Origin: Eledone cirrhosa
Lineage: Eukaryota
Assembly: GCA_964016885.1 (NCBI GenBank)
Contig: OZ024743.1
Location: forward strand, 86,614,001 to 86,678,000
Direction: 5' to 3'
Length of the DNA stretch: 64,000 bases
The first letter of the stretch is position 1, and each line of letters opens with the position of its first letter. The notes below the pieces were generated by a model. That model saw only the letters and a list, made by a program, of their open reading frames with translations. It had not been told where the DNA came from and searched no databases. Shown here piece after piece: positions 1-13,581 of this stretch. The translations under genes were made by a program, and so were the position numbers.

Positions 1-2788
1 GGTTTTTCTGGGTCTGCCTACTCCGTGGCAACCCTCTATCTTTATTGCCCTGCACTTTTTTATACAGCTGTCGTCTTTCATGTGCATCACGTGTCCATAC
101 CAACGTAGCCTTCTCTCGAGTAAACAACATCTGATCCCTCTTATCTCTAATTTTTTCCTTAGTTCGTTTATGCTTTGCCGTTCACGTATATTACTATTAC
201 ACATCCAGCGGAGCATGCAAGCTTCGTTCCTCTCTAGTCTGCGTATATCCTCTGCACACAATGCCCAGGTCTCACTGCCATGCAACATTGCTGTTCGTAT
301 GCAGGCATCATACAGCCTGCCTTTCATTTTTAGGGAGAACCCTTTAGCGGCTAATAGTGGTATAAGCTCTCTGAACTTTTTCCATCCAGTTCTGACTCTA
401 GCTACTGTACTTTCAGAGCACCCTCCCCCACTGCTGATTTTGTCATCCAGGTAACGGAAGCTGTCCACTATTTCTATAGAACCCTCTGCGCAATTGAAAG
501 AGCTAGTATTTTGTGGGCACTTACTGGTACTTATTGCACCAGAGCACCGGCCACATGTAAAATCTATGTTCTTAGTTAGCTTACCTGTGATCCCACTACA
601 TCTTTTATGCACCCATACTTTGCATTTGGGACATAAAATGGAGTTTCTACCTACACTTTTCCTACACACTGAGCATGGCCATTTCCCGGAAGGGACCGGC
701 GCCTTATTTTCTTTCCTACAAACTAGAACTTTAGTCTTAGCCAGGTTAATTTTAAGGCCTTTTGATTCTAGGCCGTGCTTCCATGTTTGGAATTTCTTCT
801 CTAGCTCGGCCATTGATTCAGCTATGAGCATTAGATCATCTGTGTATAGGAGTTCCCATGGGCAGCCGGTCTTGAACTGCACTGTTATAGCCTGGAGGTC
901 AATAATAAATAGTAGGGCGCTAAGAACAGAGCCCTGATGAACACCAACTTTTACACTAAACTCTTCACTATAGTCGTTGTTAATTCTAACCTTGCTGACT
1001 GTTTCTTTATACATGGCTTGTATAGCTCTCACAAGCCATTCGTCAACACCTAGTTTTCTAAGAGCCCACCAGATAATGGAACGGGGGACTCTGTCGAAGG
1101 CTTTCTCCAAGTCAACAAAAGCTAAGTATAGGGGATTACTTTTAGCTAGGTACTTCTCCTGTAGTTGTTGTACAATGAAAAGAGCGTCTGTGGTACTTTT
1201 GCCTGACACAAAACCGAACTGCATTTCATCTAGATCAATTCTCTCTCTGATTAGTTGCGCTATTACTTTTTGCGTGACCTTCATGACCTGGTCGATTAAT
1301 TTAATGCCTCTATAGTTACTCCTATCTAGGGCATCTCCTTTACCCTTTTAACAGTTAATGATGATGCTGCTATGCCAGTCCTTCAGAACAACCCCATTCT
1401 GTATGACTTGGTTTACTATCCGGGTGACCATGGTGTGTCACCGTTCCAGAGGCTTTCAGCATCTCAGCAACTATTTCCGAAGGCCCAGCCGCCTTACCCA
1501 TCTTCATATCTTTGATTGCCTTACTTATTATACTACCTTCGACTAACACTGCCGGTCCCTCTATTGGGTCGATGTGGGGGAGACTGTCTTTCTCCCATTT
1601 ATTCTCCTCATTTAGAAGCCTTTCGTAGTGACACTTCCAAGCTACCTTCTTATCAGCGTCAGTGATGGCAAGTACGCCATCATCATTAAGTCCACACTTC
1701 TCCCCGACAATATCATGGTTTTCCTTGACACATTGCCTAGCAATCCTGAACACCTCACGTTTTTGGTCCTCACGTTGTAGAACATGCTTGAACTTTCTTT
1801 CCTCTGCTTCCCTTCTTGCGAAGTACACTTGTCTCCTAGCTTCCCTCCTGGCCACTTGATAGTCTTCTCTACTTCCCCCATCCCGCCATACTTTCCAAGC
1901 CTGCTTTTTGGCCTTAATTGACTCCTCCACCTTACTGTTCCACCACCATGTTACTCTCCTCCTACCTACAGGCCTGCTCCAGCCACAGACCTTGTCTGCC
2001 GCCGTCAGCAGGTTTGCTTTCAGGAATTCCCTCTGTTCCTCTATATTATACGACTCTAATTGCTCTTCCTTACTGTCGAAAGCATCAAGTAACATGCTTT
2101 GAAATTTATTTCTGGCTGTGGGGTCCTTTAGCTTCCATATTTTTCTCCTGAGGATAGTCCTCTTCTGTTGTCTAGTACGTCTCGTCCTGACTATGAGGTC
2201 GCTAATTAGCAGTCTATGTTGGGAGGTGCATTCTTCATGGGGGAGGGATTTAGTGTTTACAACAGACACTCTGTCACGTCTTCTGGTAAGGATATAATCT
2301 ACCTGGCTTGTGTGTTCCCCCGATCTATAGGTGATCAAGTGATTGTCTCGTTTTTTGAAGTTAGTGTTACAGATAGTTAGGTTATTTGCGTCACAGAATT
2401 CCAGGATTCTGGAGCCTTCCTCATTTCTAGTACCAAACCCATAGCCTCCATGGATTCTGTCATAGCCATCACAATGTTGTCCAACGTGACCGTTTAGGTC
2501 GCCTGCAATAATTATATAGTCACTGTCGGTTATTTGGGAGGTAGCGAGCATCAGTGTCTCATAGAATCTGTCTTTTATAGTGTCGGGCAGTCCGGATTGG
2601 GGTGCGTACGCAGATATTACTGTCACCGTAGTTCTATTGAGGACAAGTCTTATTTTAATTATTCTGTCATTCACTCTATTTACATCTATTATCTTATCTG
2701 CCCACTTTTCTGCTACCATGATTCCTACTCCACCCAGCCCATTGTCATTTCCCACCCAGAAAAGCTTATAGCATCGTTCTTTACCCAT
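1..2788 (-). mobile_element. RTE LINE, family A, degenerate (APE endonuclease + RT + PHD), runs off window start
   Basis: ORF 1370-2866 gives APE motifs (YAPQ, GDLNGHVG, SQVDYIL); frameshift near 1440; RT and PHD readable downstream; colinear with 17467-20619. Confidence 0.92.
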
Positions 2789-2817
2789 ATATATATATAT
2801 GTGTGTATGTGGGTGTG

Positions 2818-2847
<30 letters not shown>

Positions 2848-2848
<1 letters not shown>

Positions 2849-3310
2849 CATCATCATCATCATCATCGTTTAACGTCCATTTTCCACGCTAGCATGGGTT
2901 AGACGGGAGTTGTCCCACTTGAGGCAAGGTTGGTCGGGTGACCGTGTCTCGCTCATATAGGACTATCTGACAGGTTTTCTACGGCTGGATGCTCTTCCTA
3001 ACACCAACCACATTTACAGTGTGGGGCTGGGAGGTTTTTACCGTGTTACCTACATGGCCACATTACAGCGGGGACTGTGTTTTTTTGTTGTGACTCCTAG
3101 ACGATCTTGATCTCATTATCTCATTTATTTGGACTGGATGTTGTGGTACCAACTTTACAGAGAGAGGGTGGTGTTGGTGGGAATGGGAGGATAGGGGTAG
3201 TGGATTGGGGTGTATATTTGGTTGAGAGGTGCCTACTGACTGTAGGTTTCGCTTTGTACATAGGCAAGGCGGGTCTTCTCTATTACTGCATGGCGCCAAA
3301 GATCTCAGTC
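2848..3310 (-). mobile_element. 5'-truncated RTE family A (A2 subfamily): ORF end, 3' UTR and (GAT)n tail
   Basis: Matches the 3' end of 13582-16255; (CAT)n on plus strand. Confidence 0.85.
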
Positions 3311-3504
3311 CAACATATATACATATATACATATTTATATATATGTGTGTGTGTATATGTGGGGTATATATAAATATATATATGTGTCTGTGTGGTAGTT
3401 GACCAAATTTCTGAAGAGGACACAAAGTTCAAGCTATCAGTAGAGAGAAAAGTTCAAAAGAGATTAATGTTAGGTGAAACAGAACATATTGATAGTTGTT
3501 AATA

Positions 3505-3655
3505 CTTGAACTGATTACTAAGGTGATGGTTAATCAATAGATCAGTAAAGGGTGGCTAATCAATAATTATTTGGGGTGGTTGATCAATGGTTAATTGATC
3601 AGTATGGTCTGGTTGATCAGTGGTTAACTGATCAGTAAGGAGTAACTGATCAGTT
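3505..3655. repeat. Degenerate ~17-20 bp minisatellite with palindromic TGATCA core (second copy ~8380-8530)
   Basis: Repeated ttgatcaatggttaa / ctgatcagt units. Confidence 0.6.
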
Positions 3656-3789
3656 CTACTCCTGTAGAAACCATTTCTATATTAAACTATATATAAGAGT
3701 GGGCAAAGACAGGAAAATAAATGAATACAGACAGTCCCATCTCATCAGTTGACTGCTAGAGATATGTTGTTTCAGTGCTTTAAGATTGA

Positions 3790-4118
3790 TACAACTGGCA
3801 CTAGTGCACAAGGGACTGTAACAAATGGACAAAGGCCCCAGTCTACTCTGTAAAGTGGTCATTTTGGTGCCATGATAGAAAGTGCCCAGCCCACACTGTC
3901 AAGTCGTTGTGTAGGTGTCACAACAAAAATCACCCAGTACACACTGTCAATGTGGTTGGCATTGGGAAGGGCATCCAGCCATAGAAACTAAGCTAGAAAC
4001 AGTTCTGTATAAGCAAGACATTTTCACTTGATCTGACTTGTTTCAAATGGAACGACTTGTCTAACCCGTGCTAGCATGGAAAATAGACATTAAATGATTA
4101 TGAAGATGATGATGATGA
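3790..4118 (+). mobile_element. Non-autonomous RTE-derived bipartite repeat (tandem ~40-bp units, GGAAGGGCATCC hairpin, RTE 3' tail); duplicate at ~10385-10715
   Basis: Units like ggtgccatgat...cccagtacacactgt, then tggcattgggaagggcatccagcc, ccgtgctagcatgg and (GAT)n. Confidence 0.7.
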
Positions 4119-4130
4119 TATTTACATTTG

Positions 4131-4176
<46 letters not shown>

Positions 4177-4201
4177 TGTGTATATATATATATATATATA
4201 T

Positions 4202-6079
4202 ACTGGCATAGCAGCATCATCGTTAACTGTTATAAGGGTAAAGGAGACGCCCTAGATAGGAGTAACTATAGAGGCATTAAATTAATCGACCAGGTCTCAC
4301 GGAAAAAGTAATAGCGCAACTAATCAGAGAGAGAATTGACCTAGATGAAATGCAGTTCGGGTTTGTGTCAGGCAAAAGTACCACAGACGCTCTTTTCATA
4401 GTACGACAACTACAGGAGAAGTACCTAGCTAAAGGTAAACCCCTCTACTTAGCTTTTGTCGACTTGGAGAAAGCCTTCGACAGAGTCCCCCGCTCCATTA
4501 TCTGGTGGGCTCTTAGAAAACTAGGCGTTGACGAATGGCTTGTGAGGGCTATACAAGCCATGTATAAAGAAACAGTCAGTAAGGTTAGAATTAACAACGA
4601 ATATAGTGAAGAGTTTAGCGTAAAAGTTGGCGTCCATCAGGGCTCTGTTCTCAGCCCCCTACTATTTATTATTGCCCTTCAGGCTATAACAGAGGAGTTC
4701 AAGACAGGCTGCCCATGGGAACTCCTATACGCAGACGACCTGACACTCATAGCGGAATCAATGGCCGAGCTAGAGAAGAAATTCCAAACATGGAAGCACG
4801 GCCTAGAGTCAAAAGGACTTAAAATTAACCTGGCTAAGACCAAAGTTCTAGTTTGTAGGAAAGAAAACAAGGCGGCGATCCCTTCTGGAAAATGGTCATG
4901 CTCGGTGTGTAGGAAAGGCGTAGGTAGAAACTCCATTTTATGTCCTAAATGCAAAGTATGGGTGCATAAAAGATGTAGTGGGATCACAGGTAAGCTAACT
5001 AAGAACATAGATTTTACATGTGGCCGGTGTTCTGGTGCAATAAGTAGCAGCAAGTGCCCACAAAATACTAGCTCTTTCAATTGCGCAGAGGGTTCTATAG
5101 AAATAGTGGACAGCTTCCGTTACCTGGGCGATAAAATTAGCAGTGGGGGAGGGTGCTCTGAAAGTACTGTAGCTAGAGTCAGAACTGGTTGGAAAAAGTT
5201 CAGAGAGCTTATACCACTATTAGCTGCTAAAGGGTTCTCCCTAAAAATGAAAGGCAGGTTGTACGATGCCTGCATACGAACAGCAATGCTGCATGGCAGT
5301 GAGACCTGGGCATTGTGTGCAGAGGATATATGCAGACTAGAGAGGAACGAAGCTTGCATGCTCCGCTGGATGTGTAACAGTAATATACGTGAACGGCAAA
5401 GCATAAACGAACTAAGGAAAACATTAGAGATAAGAGGGATCAGATGTTGTTTACTCGAGAGAAGGCTACGTTGGTATGGACACGTGATGCGCATGAAAGT
5501 CGATAGCTGTATAACAAAGTGCAGGGCAATAAAGATAGACGGTAGTCACGGAATAGGCAGACCTAGAAAAACCTGGGACGAGCTGATAAACTCCGACATC
5601 ACACACTTACACCTCTCCAAGACAATGTCACTGGACCGAGACCTTTGGCGGTACTCAGTAACAGAGAAGACCCGCCTTACCTAAATATATAGTAAAACCT
5701 ACTCCAACCAGTAGGCATCTCTAACAAAATACACCCCGTCCCACCACCACCACCCCCACCCCATCCACACCACCCCGTTCTATGTAAAGTTATGTTGGTG
5801 CCGCGCCATCCAGGCCGAAACAAATGAGATCGTGTAGGTGTCACGACAAAAAAACACACAGTCCACGCTGTAATGTGGCTGTGTAGGCAACACGGTAAAA
5901 ACCTCCCAGACCCACACTGTAAATGTGGTTGGTGTTAGGAAGGGCATCCAACTGTAGAAAACCTGCCAGACAGTCCTATGCGAGCAAGACAATCATTCTT
6001 GCTTCAAGTGGGACTACCCCCGTCCAAACCCATGCAAGCGTGGAACATGGACGTTAAACGTTGATGATGATGATGATGA

Positions 6080-6083
<4 letters not shown>
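4202..6083 (+). mobile_element. 5'-truncated RTE family A with open RT-PHD-thumb ORF (4350-5684), 3' UTR and (GAT)n tail, inserted in (TA)n
   Basis: QFGF, DLEKAFD, GVHQGSVLSP, YADD, YLG motifs; near-identical to the 17467-20619 protein. Confidence 0.95.
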
Positions 6084-6127
<44 letters not shown>

Positions 6128-6145
6128 GTATATATAGAGGTGTAC

Positions 6146-6345
6146 GTGGTGAATTGGCGGAGTTGTTAGAATGTTAGATATTTGCAGCTTTCTGAGTTCA
6201 AATCCTTCCAAAATCAACTTTGCCTTTCACCCTTTCAAGGCTGATAAAAAAAATACCAGTCTTGTACTGGGGGAGTCTCCCTCTATATCTCTTTCTTATT
6301 CCCTCTTTTTTCTTCTCTGGAAGAAATTGGCTGTGTTCAGGTAGA
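6146..6345 (+). mobile_element. tRNA-headed SINE with a Meta-like central domain (duplicate ~12168-12365)
   Basis: B-box-like gagttcaaatcc followed by ctttgcctttcaccc...gataaa...taccagt; same family at 29.1, 31.3, 31.9 kb; domain name from memory. Confidence 0.55.
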
Positions 6346-6427
6346 TGGACTCTGCTAGGTTCAAAATGCTCTGTCATGACAGTGCCCCTAAAACTCCATC
6401 AGGAGTATGGATCCATAAATATATATA

Positions 6428-7718
6428 CAGGGTGTGGACGGTATTTTTTGCAATTTTCAACTGCTAATTTTATGCAAATTTTTTAAACTTTCGTTGTCAC
6501 TCTTGTCTTCATAAAATCAGTGACTATATTTCCATTATTTATTTTCAGAATAACTGATTATGAATAATTTTGAACCTCCAAATTTGTGGAAGAGACACGG
6601 AGTTCTTGGAATCCGCACCGGGAGGACAAATACGGAAATTTCAGACTTTCTCAGCGTCAACAGGAGAAGGATGGAAAAGGTCAGAAAGGAAATGGAAGAT
6701 TCAGGATTCGACTACGAAGCAACATCAGAGAGGAAAACACATGATCGACGATCTGATGCCTTCAGAACGCCCAAGTTCGTCGCTGAAGTTCAGGATATCA
6801 TCAACAATGAACCTAGCAAGTCGATGCGTGCTATTGCAAGGGTGAAAAGCTCATTAGGCTGGTGGTACATGAAGACATTCGCTAAGTTTCATACAAGATG
6901 AGGAAAGGACAATTGCTGTCAAAAGGCGATGCAAGAAAAGCGACTGAAGCACGCAAAGAAGCTGATCAACAAGTTGAAACACCCACTGGAGCCAGACATG
7001 CTGTGGTTTTTCTCTGACGAGAAAAACTTCTGCCAAGACCAGAAGATCAACTCCCAAAACAACAGGTGGCTCGCTGTCTCATCTAAAGACGAGCCCAGAG
7101 TCATGCAGACAAAGTTTCCAGCGACAACATTGGTCTTAGGTGTCGTCAGCAGTCAAGGTGACGTCATGCCACCTCACTTCTTCCCTGAGGGCCTCAAGTT
7201 GAACACCGATGGCTACATCCGTGTTCTGAGCGAGGTAGTAAAGCCCTGGATCGACCAGGTAGCTGCAGGTAGGCCGTAGGTGTGGCAGCAAGACTCAGCG
7301 CCCTGCTATACCAGCCGAAAGTCCCAAGCCTGGCTGTCGGAGAACTTCGTCGACCATACCTCACCTGACATCTGGCCTCCCAGCTCGCCTGACTGCAACC
7401 CCCTCAACTCTTTGTGTGGGGCGCAGTGGAATGAGACACCAACAGATCTAGCTGCAATATGAAAGATGATCTGAAGGCCAGGATCACAAGTGCCTTTAGG
7501 GGCCTAAGTCGAGGGACAGTGACGGAGGCCTGTAGCCGGTTCCGAGGCCGCCTTGAGGCCGTCATCAAAGTCAATGGCGGGTTTATCGAGTTAGATCGAA
7601 AGAACAAGTCATGAAGACAAACTGACCCAGGGTTGATAAATATATCTTAAAAAAATAAAACTACTGTGTTATTTTTTCCTAGACAGTAATCTTGCGAACA
7701 AATATCGTCCGCACCCTG
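6428..7718 (+). mobile_element. Tc1/mariner maT-family (DD37D) DNA transposon, defective
   Basis: TA flanks; imperfect TIRs CAGGGTGTGGACGGTATTT / AAATATCGTCCGCACCCTG; WFFSDEKNF, QQDSAP...WPPSSPDCNPL with 37 residues between 2nd and 3rd catalytic positions; frameshift and stop. Confidence 0.9.
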
Positions 7719-7720
7719 TA

Positions 7721-8187
7721 TCATCATCATCATCATCATCATTTAACGTCCATTTTCCACGCTAGCATGGGTTAGATGGGAGTTGTCCCACTTGAGGCAA
7801 GGTTGGTCGGGTGACCGTGTCTTGCTCATATAGGACTATCTGGCAGGTTTTCTACGGCTGGATGCTCTTCCTAACACCAACCATATTTACAGTGTGGTAC
7901 TGGGAACTTTTTACCGTGTTACCTACACGGTCACATTACAGCGGGGACTGTGTGTTTTTTTGTTGTGACACCTAGATGATCTTGATCTCATTATCTCATT
8001 TATTTGGACTGGATGTTGTGGTACCGACTTTACAGAGAGAGGGTGGTGTTGGTGGGAATGGGGGGATAGGGGTAGTGGATTGGGGTGTATATTTGGTTGA
8101 GAGGTGCCTACTGACTGTAGGTTTCGCTTTGTACATAGGCAAGGCGGGTCTTCTCTATTACTGCATGGCGCCAAAGATCTCAGTCCA
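7721..8187 (-). mobile_element. RTE family A 3' end, chimeric copy (duplication junction)
   Basis: Left part shares variants with the 13582 copy, right part with the 2848 copy. Confidence 0.8.
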
Positions 8188-8631
8188 ACATATATACATA
8201 TATACATATGTATATATGTGTGTGTGTATATGTGGGGTATATATAAATATATATATGTGTCTGTGTGGTAGTTGATCAAATTTCTGAAGAGGAAACAAAG
8301 TTCAAGCTATCAGTAGAGAGAAAAGTTCAAAAGAGATTAATGTTAGGTGAAACAGAACATATTGATAGTTGTTAATACTTGAACTGATTACTAAGGTGAT
8401 GGTTAATCAATAGATCAGCAAAGGGTGGCTAATCAATAATTACTTGGGGTGGTTGATCAATGGTTAATTGATCAGTATGGTCTGGTTGATCAGTGGTTAA
8501 CTGATCAGTAAGGAGTAACTGATCAGTTCTAGTCCTGTAGAAACCATTTCTATATTAAACTTGATGTTTACACTCTACTACTGTATTGAGTACCTTACTA
8601 ACTGTGGTTACCTCTGATTGAACCCGGGACT

Positions 8632-8685
<54 letters not shown>

Positions 8686-9494
8686 AGTATTTCACATCAG
8701 TTAAGCTACATGTATGTTGCATCTAATTTCATATATTTTGTATGTGTATTTTTTTGACATTCCCTTCTTATCTAATGTCGTTGCATCACATTCATCTCTT
8801 CACTTTCAGTTTATTACAGAACGGATGTTGGAATTTGCAATGATTTCAATATAGAAATGCATTTAAAAAATATATTAATGAAAATTATTGTGTACACTGC
8901 TCAAGTGCACTACAACTCATCAAAGGTGCATGTATAGTACATAGAATAATATACAAATGTTAGGAAAGTGAACAGTGTATGAGTCCTGATATACACACAT
9001 ATACATGCATACGTGTGTATGGAGGGGGAAATATCAGGTGTAGTGTTGGCGAATTTCGGGAAGCATGGAAGTTTAAAATTAAAGAAGTATGAAATCTTGT
9101 GTCTTTTCTATCAGTCCCCCATCACAATAGCTCACTGTTTTATTTTTATTTTGCTTGTTAAATGTAAATAAACCATAAGTGACATCCAATCCAATGCAGA
9201 GCCTTCTCACTTCTGTTAGAGGGACCCCTTTCTGGTGGACTTCCACCACTTCTGTTTGGTTTTAGTTGTCAGGTGTGTAGCCATACTCACCACACTTGGT
9301 TTTGTCTCTTCACGATTTTTTTAATAATACATATTTCGCTGAAAAAAATTTTCAGAGAGGTAGATTACGATTATCTTGATAGAAATAGTTTTTTGTTGCT
9401 CACAGTTCCCAGTTGTTAAAAAGACATTATTACTTTAGAAAATTTAATTTTATCCCAATCAATATTATCCTTTAGCAATATAAAACTTGAAGGT

Positions 9495-9725
9495 ATCATC
9501 ATTATCATCATTGATTTTGCATGCGTTTTTCCATGCTTGCATGGGTTGGATGGATTTTTCTCAGCACAGCATCTCTCCACTTGTCATGTTCCTTTGTCGT
9601 CTCCTCTGTGGGTCTTAGCGATTTAAGATTGACTCTCACAACCTCTGCCTATGTCTTTCTTGGTCTGCATCTACTGTAGCTTCCTTCCACTGAGATATCC
9701 TCGCATTTCTTCACCCAGCGGTCAC
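9495..9725 (-). mobile_element. Old RTE 3' remnant (family B-like)
   Basis: Degenerate (CAT)n, ccatgcttgcatggg hairpin, cagcacagcatctctccac as at 53930. Confidence 0.6.
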
Positions 9726-10247
9726 GATGAACAAATTTTCAAGCTTACATTTAGCTATTTTTCATATGAATTTTTTCAGCATAGTTATGATCTATACCTT
9801 CATATGCAGTATTAAGAAAGTTATAAGGAAACAAATTCAGAGTGGTGGGGGCTTATATTGTAGTTATGTTTTATAGGTTCTGTAAGGTAACCAATACATT
9901 TAAAATCACTTGCAGAAATTGTCTTCTGTTTCAATTAAATGCAAGACAGAAAGTTTGAAAATGGGTCAGATAAGTTGCTAACACACAAATTCCAAGGTGA
10001 CTACTTTAATTTAATGTTGGTCTTTGTACAATAATCAGAGATTTGTTGAAATGTAGTTAGATTAGATTGTTATTAAATGTTTAAAATCTATTGAATCTGA
10101 ATTTTATGCATATTCATTTTATAAAATTATAGTTTTAAGCCAGAGAATATTGATGAGATAGGAATTGCCACACATATACTGTATATATATATATATATAT
10201 GTATATGTACATCAGTATGTTGTGTGTGTATGTCATTCTCTCTCTCT

Positions 10248-10281
<34 letters not shown>

Positions 10282-10734
10282 ATATATATATAAGAGTTGG
10301 CAAAGACAGGAAAATAAATGAATACAGACAGTCCCATCTCATCAGTTGACCGCTAGAGATATGTTGTTTCAGTGCTTTAAGATTGATACAACTGGCACTA
10401 GTGCACAAGGGACTGTAACAAATGGACAAAGGCCCCAGTCTACTCTGTAAAGTGGTCATTTTGGTGCCATGATAGAAAGTGCCCAGCCCACACTGTCAAG
10501 TCGTTGTGTAGGTGTCACAACAAAAATCACCCAGTACACACTGTCAATGTGGTTGGCATTGGGAAGGGCATCCAGCCATAGAAACTAAGCTAGAAACAGT
10601 TCTGTATAAGCAAAACATTTTCATTTGATCTGACTTGTTTCAAATAGAACGACTTGTCTAACCCGTGCTAGCATGGAAAATAGACATTAAATGATTATGA
10701 AGATGATGATGATGATATATACATTTGTATATAT

Positions 10735-11463
10735 CATCATCATCATCACCGTTTTACGTCCGTTCTTCCACGCTAGCATGGGTTAGACGGGTTGTCCTGT
10801 TGTGGGCAGTGTCTGGTCGGCTGACCATGCCTTGCTCATACAGGAACTGATCTGGCTTGATTTCTACAGCTGGATGCCCTTCCTAACACCAACCTCATTT
10901 ACAGTGAGTGCTGGGTGCTTTTTCGTGGCGCCTACACGTCCACTTTACAGTGTGGGCTGGGTGCTTTTTTGCCGTGGCACCTCCACGACCACCTTGCGGT
11001 GGGGGGGGGGGGATATTGTTTATATGCTTCAGCATGTACCCATGGGAGGTCGGGTACCCTGTATTACTGCGTGACGCCAGAAGTCACGGTCGTGTGTCAT
11101 TGACTTTGAGAGGTGTAGTTGGGTAAGGTCGGCTTTTATCACCTCATCCCAAGTCATCTTGGGTCTCCCCACTCCGCGGTTTCCATCAACTTCTAGTGCT
11201 CTGCACCTTTTTATGCAGCTGTCATCCTTCATACGCATCACATGTCCATACCAGCGTAACCGCCTCTCCTGCACGCAGCATTTGATTCCTCTTATGCTCA
11301 GTCTCTCTCTCAATTCATTTATGCTTTGTCGTTCACGTATATTACTGTTACACATCCATCGGAGCATGCAGGCTTCGTTTCTCTCTAATCTACGTAAGTC
11401 TTCCACCTTCAGCGCCCAGGTCTCACTACCATGCAACATCGCTGTTCGGATACACGCATCATA
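10735..11463 (-). mobile_element. 5'-truncated RTE family C (C-terminal ORF, 3' UTR, tail)
   Basis: ORF 11029-11466 MLHGSETW...RRLRWYGHVMRM...GRPKMTW; distinct 3' UTR shared with 49650 and 53195. Confidence 0.88.
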
Positions 11464-11691
11464 CATATATATATATGATGATGATGATGATGATATATAT
11501 ATATATGGAAAGAGAGATATACTTTAACTTAAATTATATCTCATAAAATAATACAACTGGTTTTTCCACATTATACATTTTGTTAGCACCCCAAACACTT
11601 AATTGGGTTTATATTTTAATATAACCTAATGTTTGTTGAGTGAGCTGGTTACCAGTCAGAGTTTAGCTTTAAACTATCTCTGTTATTGTAT

Positions 11692-11732
<41 letters not shown>

Positions 11733-11760
11733 TAGACACGTTCTTGAGACTAGTAAAATG

Positions 11761-11859
11761 AGGTATCCTCTTGATAAGTCGGCAGACCTCGCAGGGACTC
11801 TATATCTTTATGATGTATTGTTTTTGTTTATGCCACGAAACTACATAGTCGAGGAATCT
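11761..11859 (+). ncRNA. Type I hammerhead ribozyme candidate (U3-A8 core variant), probably Penelope-derived
   Basis: Stem I TCCTC/GAGGA, core TTGATAA, stem II GT(C)GGCA/TGCCAC, GAAA, stem III CTA-CA-TAG, GUC cleavage triplet ending at 11850. Confidence 0.6.
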
Positions 11860-11925
11860 AGGAGCAGTTTAGGTATGATACATTTTATTACTAATTATAT
11901 CTAAATGTTTCTTCTCTCTTCATAA

Positions 11926-12158
<233 letters not shown>

Positions 12159-12447
12159 AGGTGTACGTGGTGAATTGGCGGAGTTGTTAGAATGTTAGAT
12201 ATTTGCAGCTTTCTGAGTTCAAATCCTTCCAAAATCAACTTTGCCTTTCACCCTTTCAAGGCTGATAAAAAAAAGTACCAGTCTTGTACTGGGGGAGTCT
12301 CCCTCTATATCTCTTTCTTATTCCCTCTTTTTTCTTCTCTGGAAGAAATTGGCTGTGTTCAGGTAGATGGACTCTGCTAGGTTCAAAATGCTGTCATGAC
12401 AGTGCCCCTAAAACTCCATCAGGAGTATGGATCCATAAATATATATA

Positions 12448-13579
12448 CAGGGTGTGGACGGTATTTTTTGCAATTTTCAACTGCTAATTTTATGCAAATT
12501 TTTTAAACTTTCGTTGTCACTCGTCTTCATAAAATCACTGACTATATTTCCATTATTTATTTTCAGAATAACTGATTATGAATAATTTTGAACCTCCAAA
12601 TTTGTGGAAGAGACACGGAGTTCTTGGAATCCGCACCGGGAGGACAAATACGGAAATTTCAGACTTTCTCAGCGTCAGCAGGAGAAGGATGGAAAAGGTC
12701 AGAAAGGAATTGGAAGATTCAGGATTCGACTACGAAGCAACATCAGAGAGGAAAACACATGATGAGGAAAGGACAATTGCTGTCAAAGGCGATACAAGAA
12801 ATCGACTGAAGCATGCAAAGAAGCTGATCAACAAGTTGAAACACCCACTGGAGCCAGACATGCTGTGGTTTTTCTCTGACGAGAAAAACTTCTGCCAAGA
12901 CCAGAAAATCAACTCCCAGAACAACAGGTGGCTCGCTGTCTCATCTAAAGACGAGCCCAGAGTCATGCAGACAAAGTTTCCAGCGACAACATTGGTCTTA
13001 GGTGTCGTCAGCAGTCAAGGTGACGTCATGCCACCTCACTTCTTCCCTGAGGGCCTCAAGCTGAACACCGATGGCTACATCCGTGTTCTGAGCGAGGTAG
13101 TAAAGCCCTGGATCGACCAGGTAGCTGCAGGTAGGCCGTAGGTGTGGCAGCAAGACTCAACGCCCTGCTATACCAGCCGAAAGACCCAAGCCTGGCTGTC
13201 AGAGAACTTCGTCGACCATACTTCACCTGACATCTGGCTTCCCAGCTCGCCTGACTGCAACCCCCTCGACTCTTTTTGTGGGGCGCAGTGGAATGAGACA
13301 ACAACAGATCTAGCTGCAATATGAAAGATGATCTGAAGGCCAGGATCACAAGTGCCTTTAGGGGCCTAAGTCGAGGGACAGTGACGGAGGCCTGTAGCCG
13401 GTTCCGAGGCCGCCTTGAGGCCGTCATCAAAGCCAATGGCAGGTTTATCGAGTTAGATCGAAAGAACAAGTCATGAAGACAAACTGACCCAGGTTTGATA
13501 AATATATCTTAAAAAATAAAACTACTGTGTTATTTTTTCCTAGACAGTAATCTTGCAAACAAATATCGTCCGCACCCTG
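12448..13579 (+). mobile_element. Second copy of the maT (DD37D) element with an internal deletion
   Basis: Same TIRs, same flanks and same TAG stop (GRP*VWQQD) as 6428-7718; NPLD retained. Confidence 0.9.
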
Positions 13580-13581
13580 TA

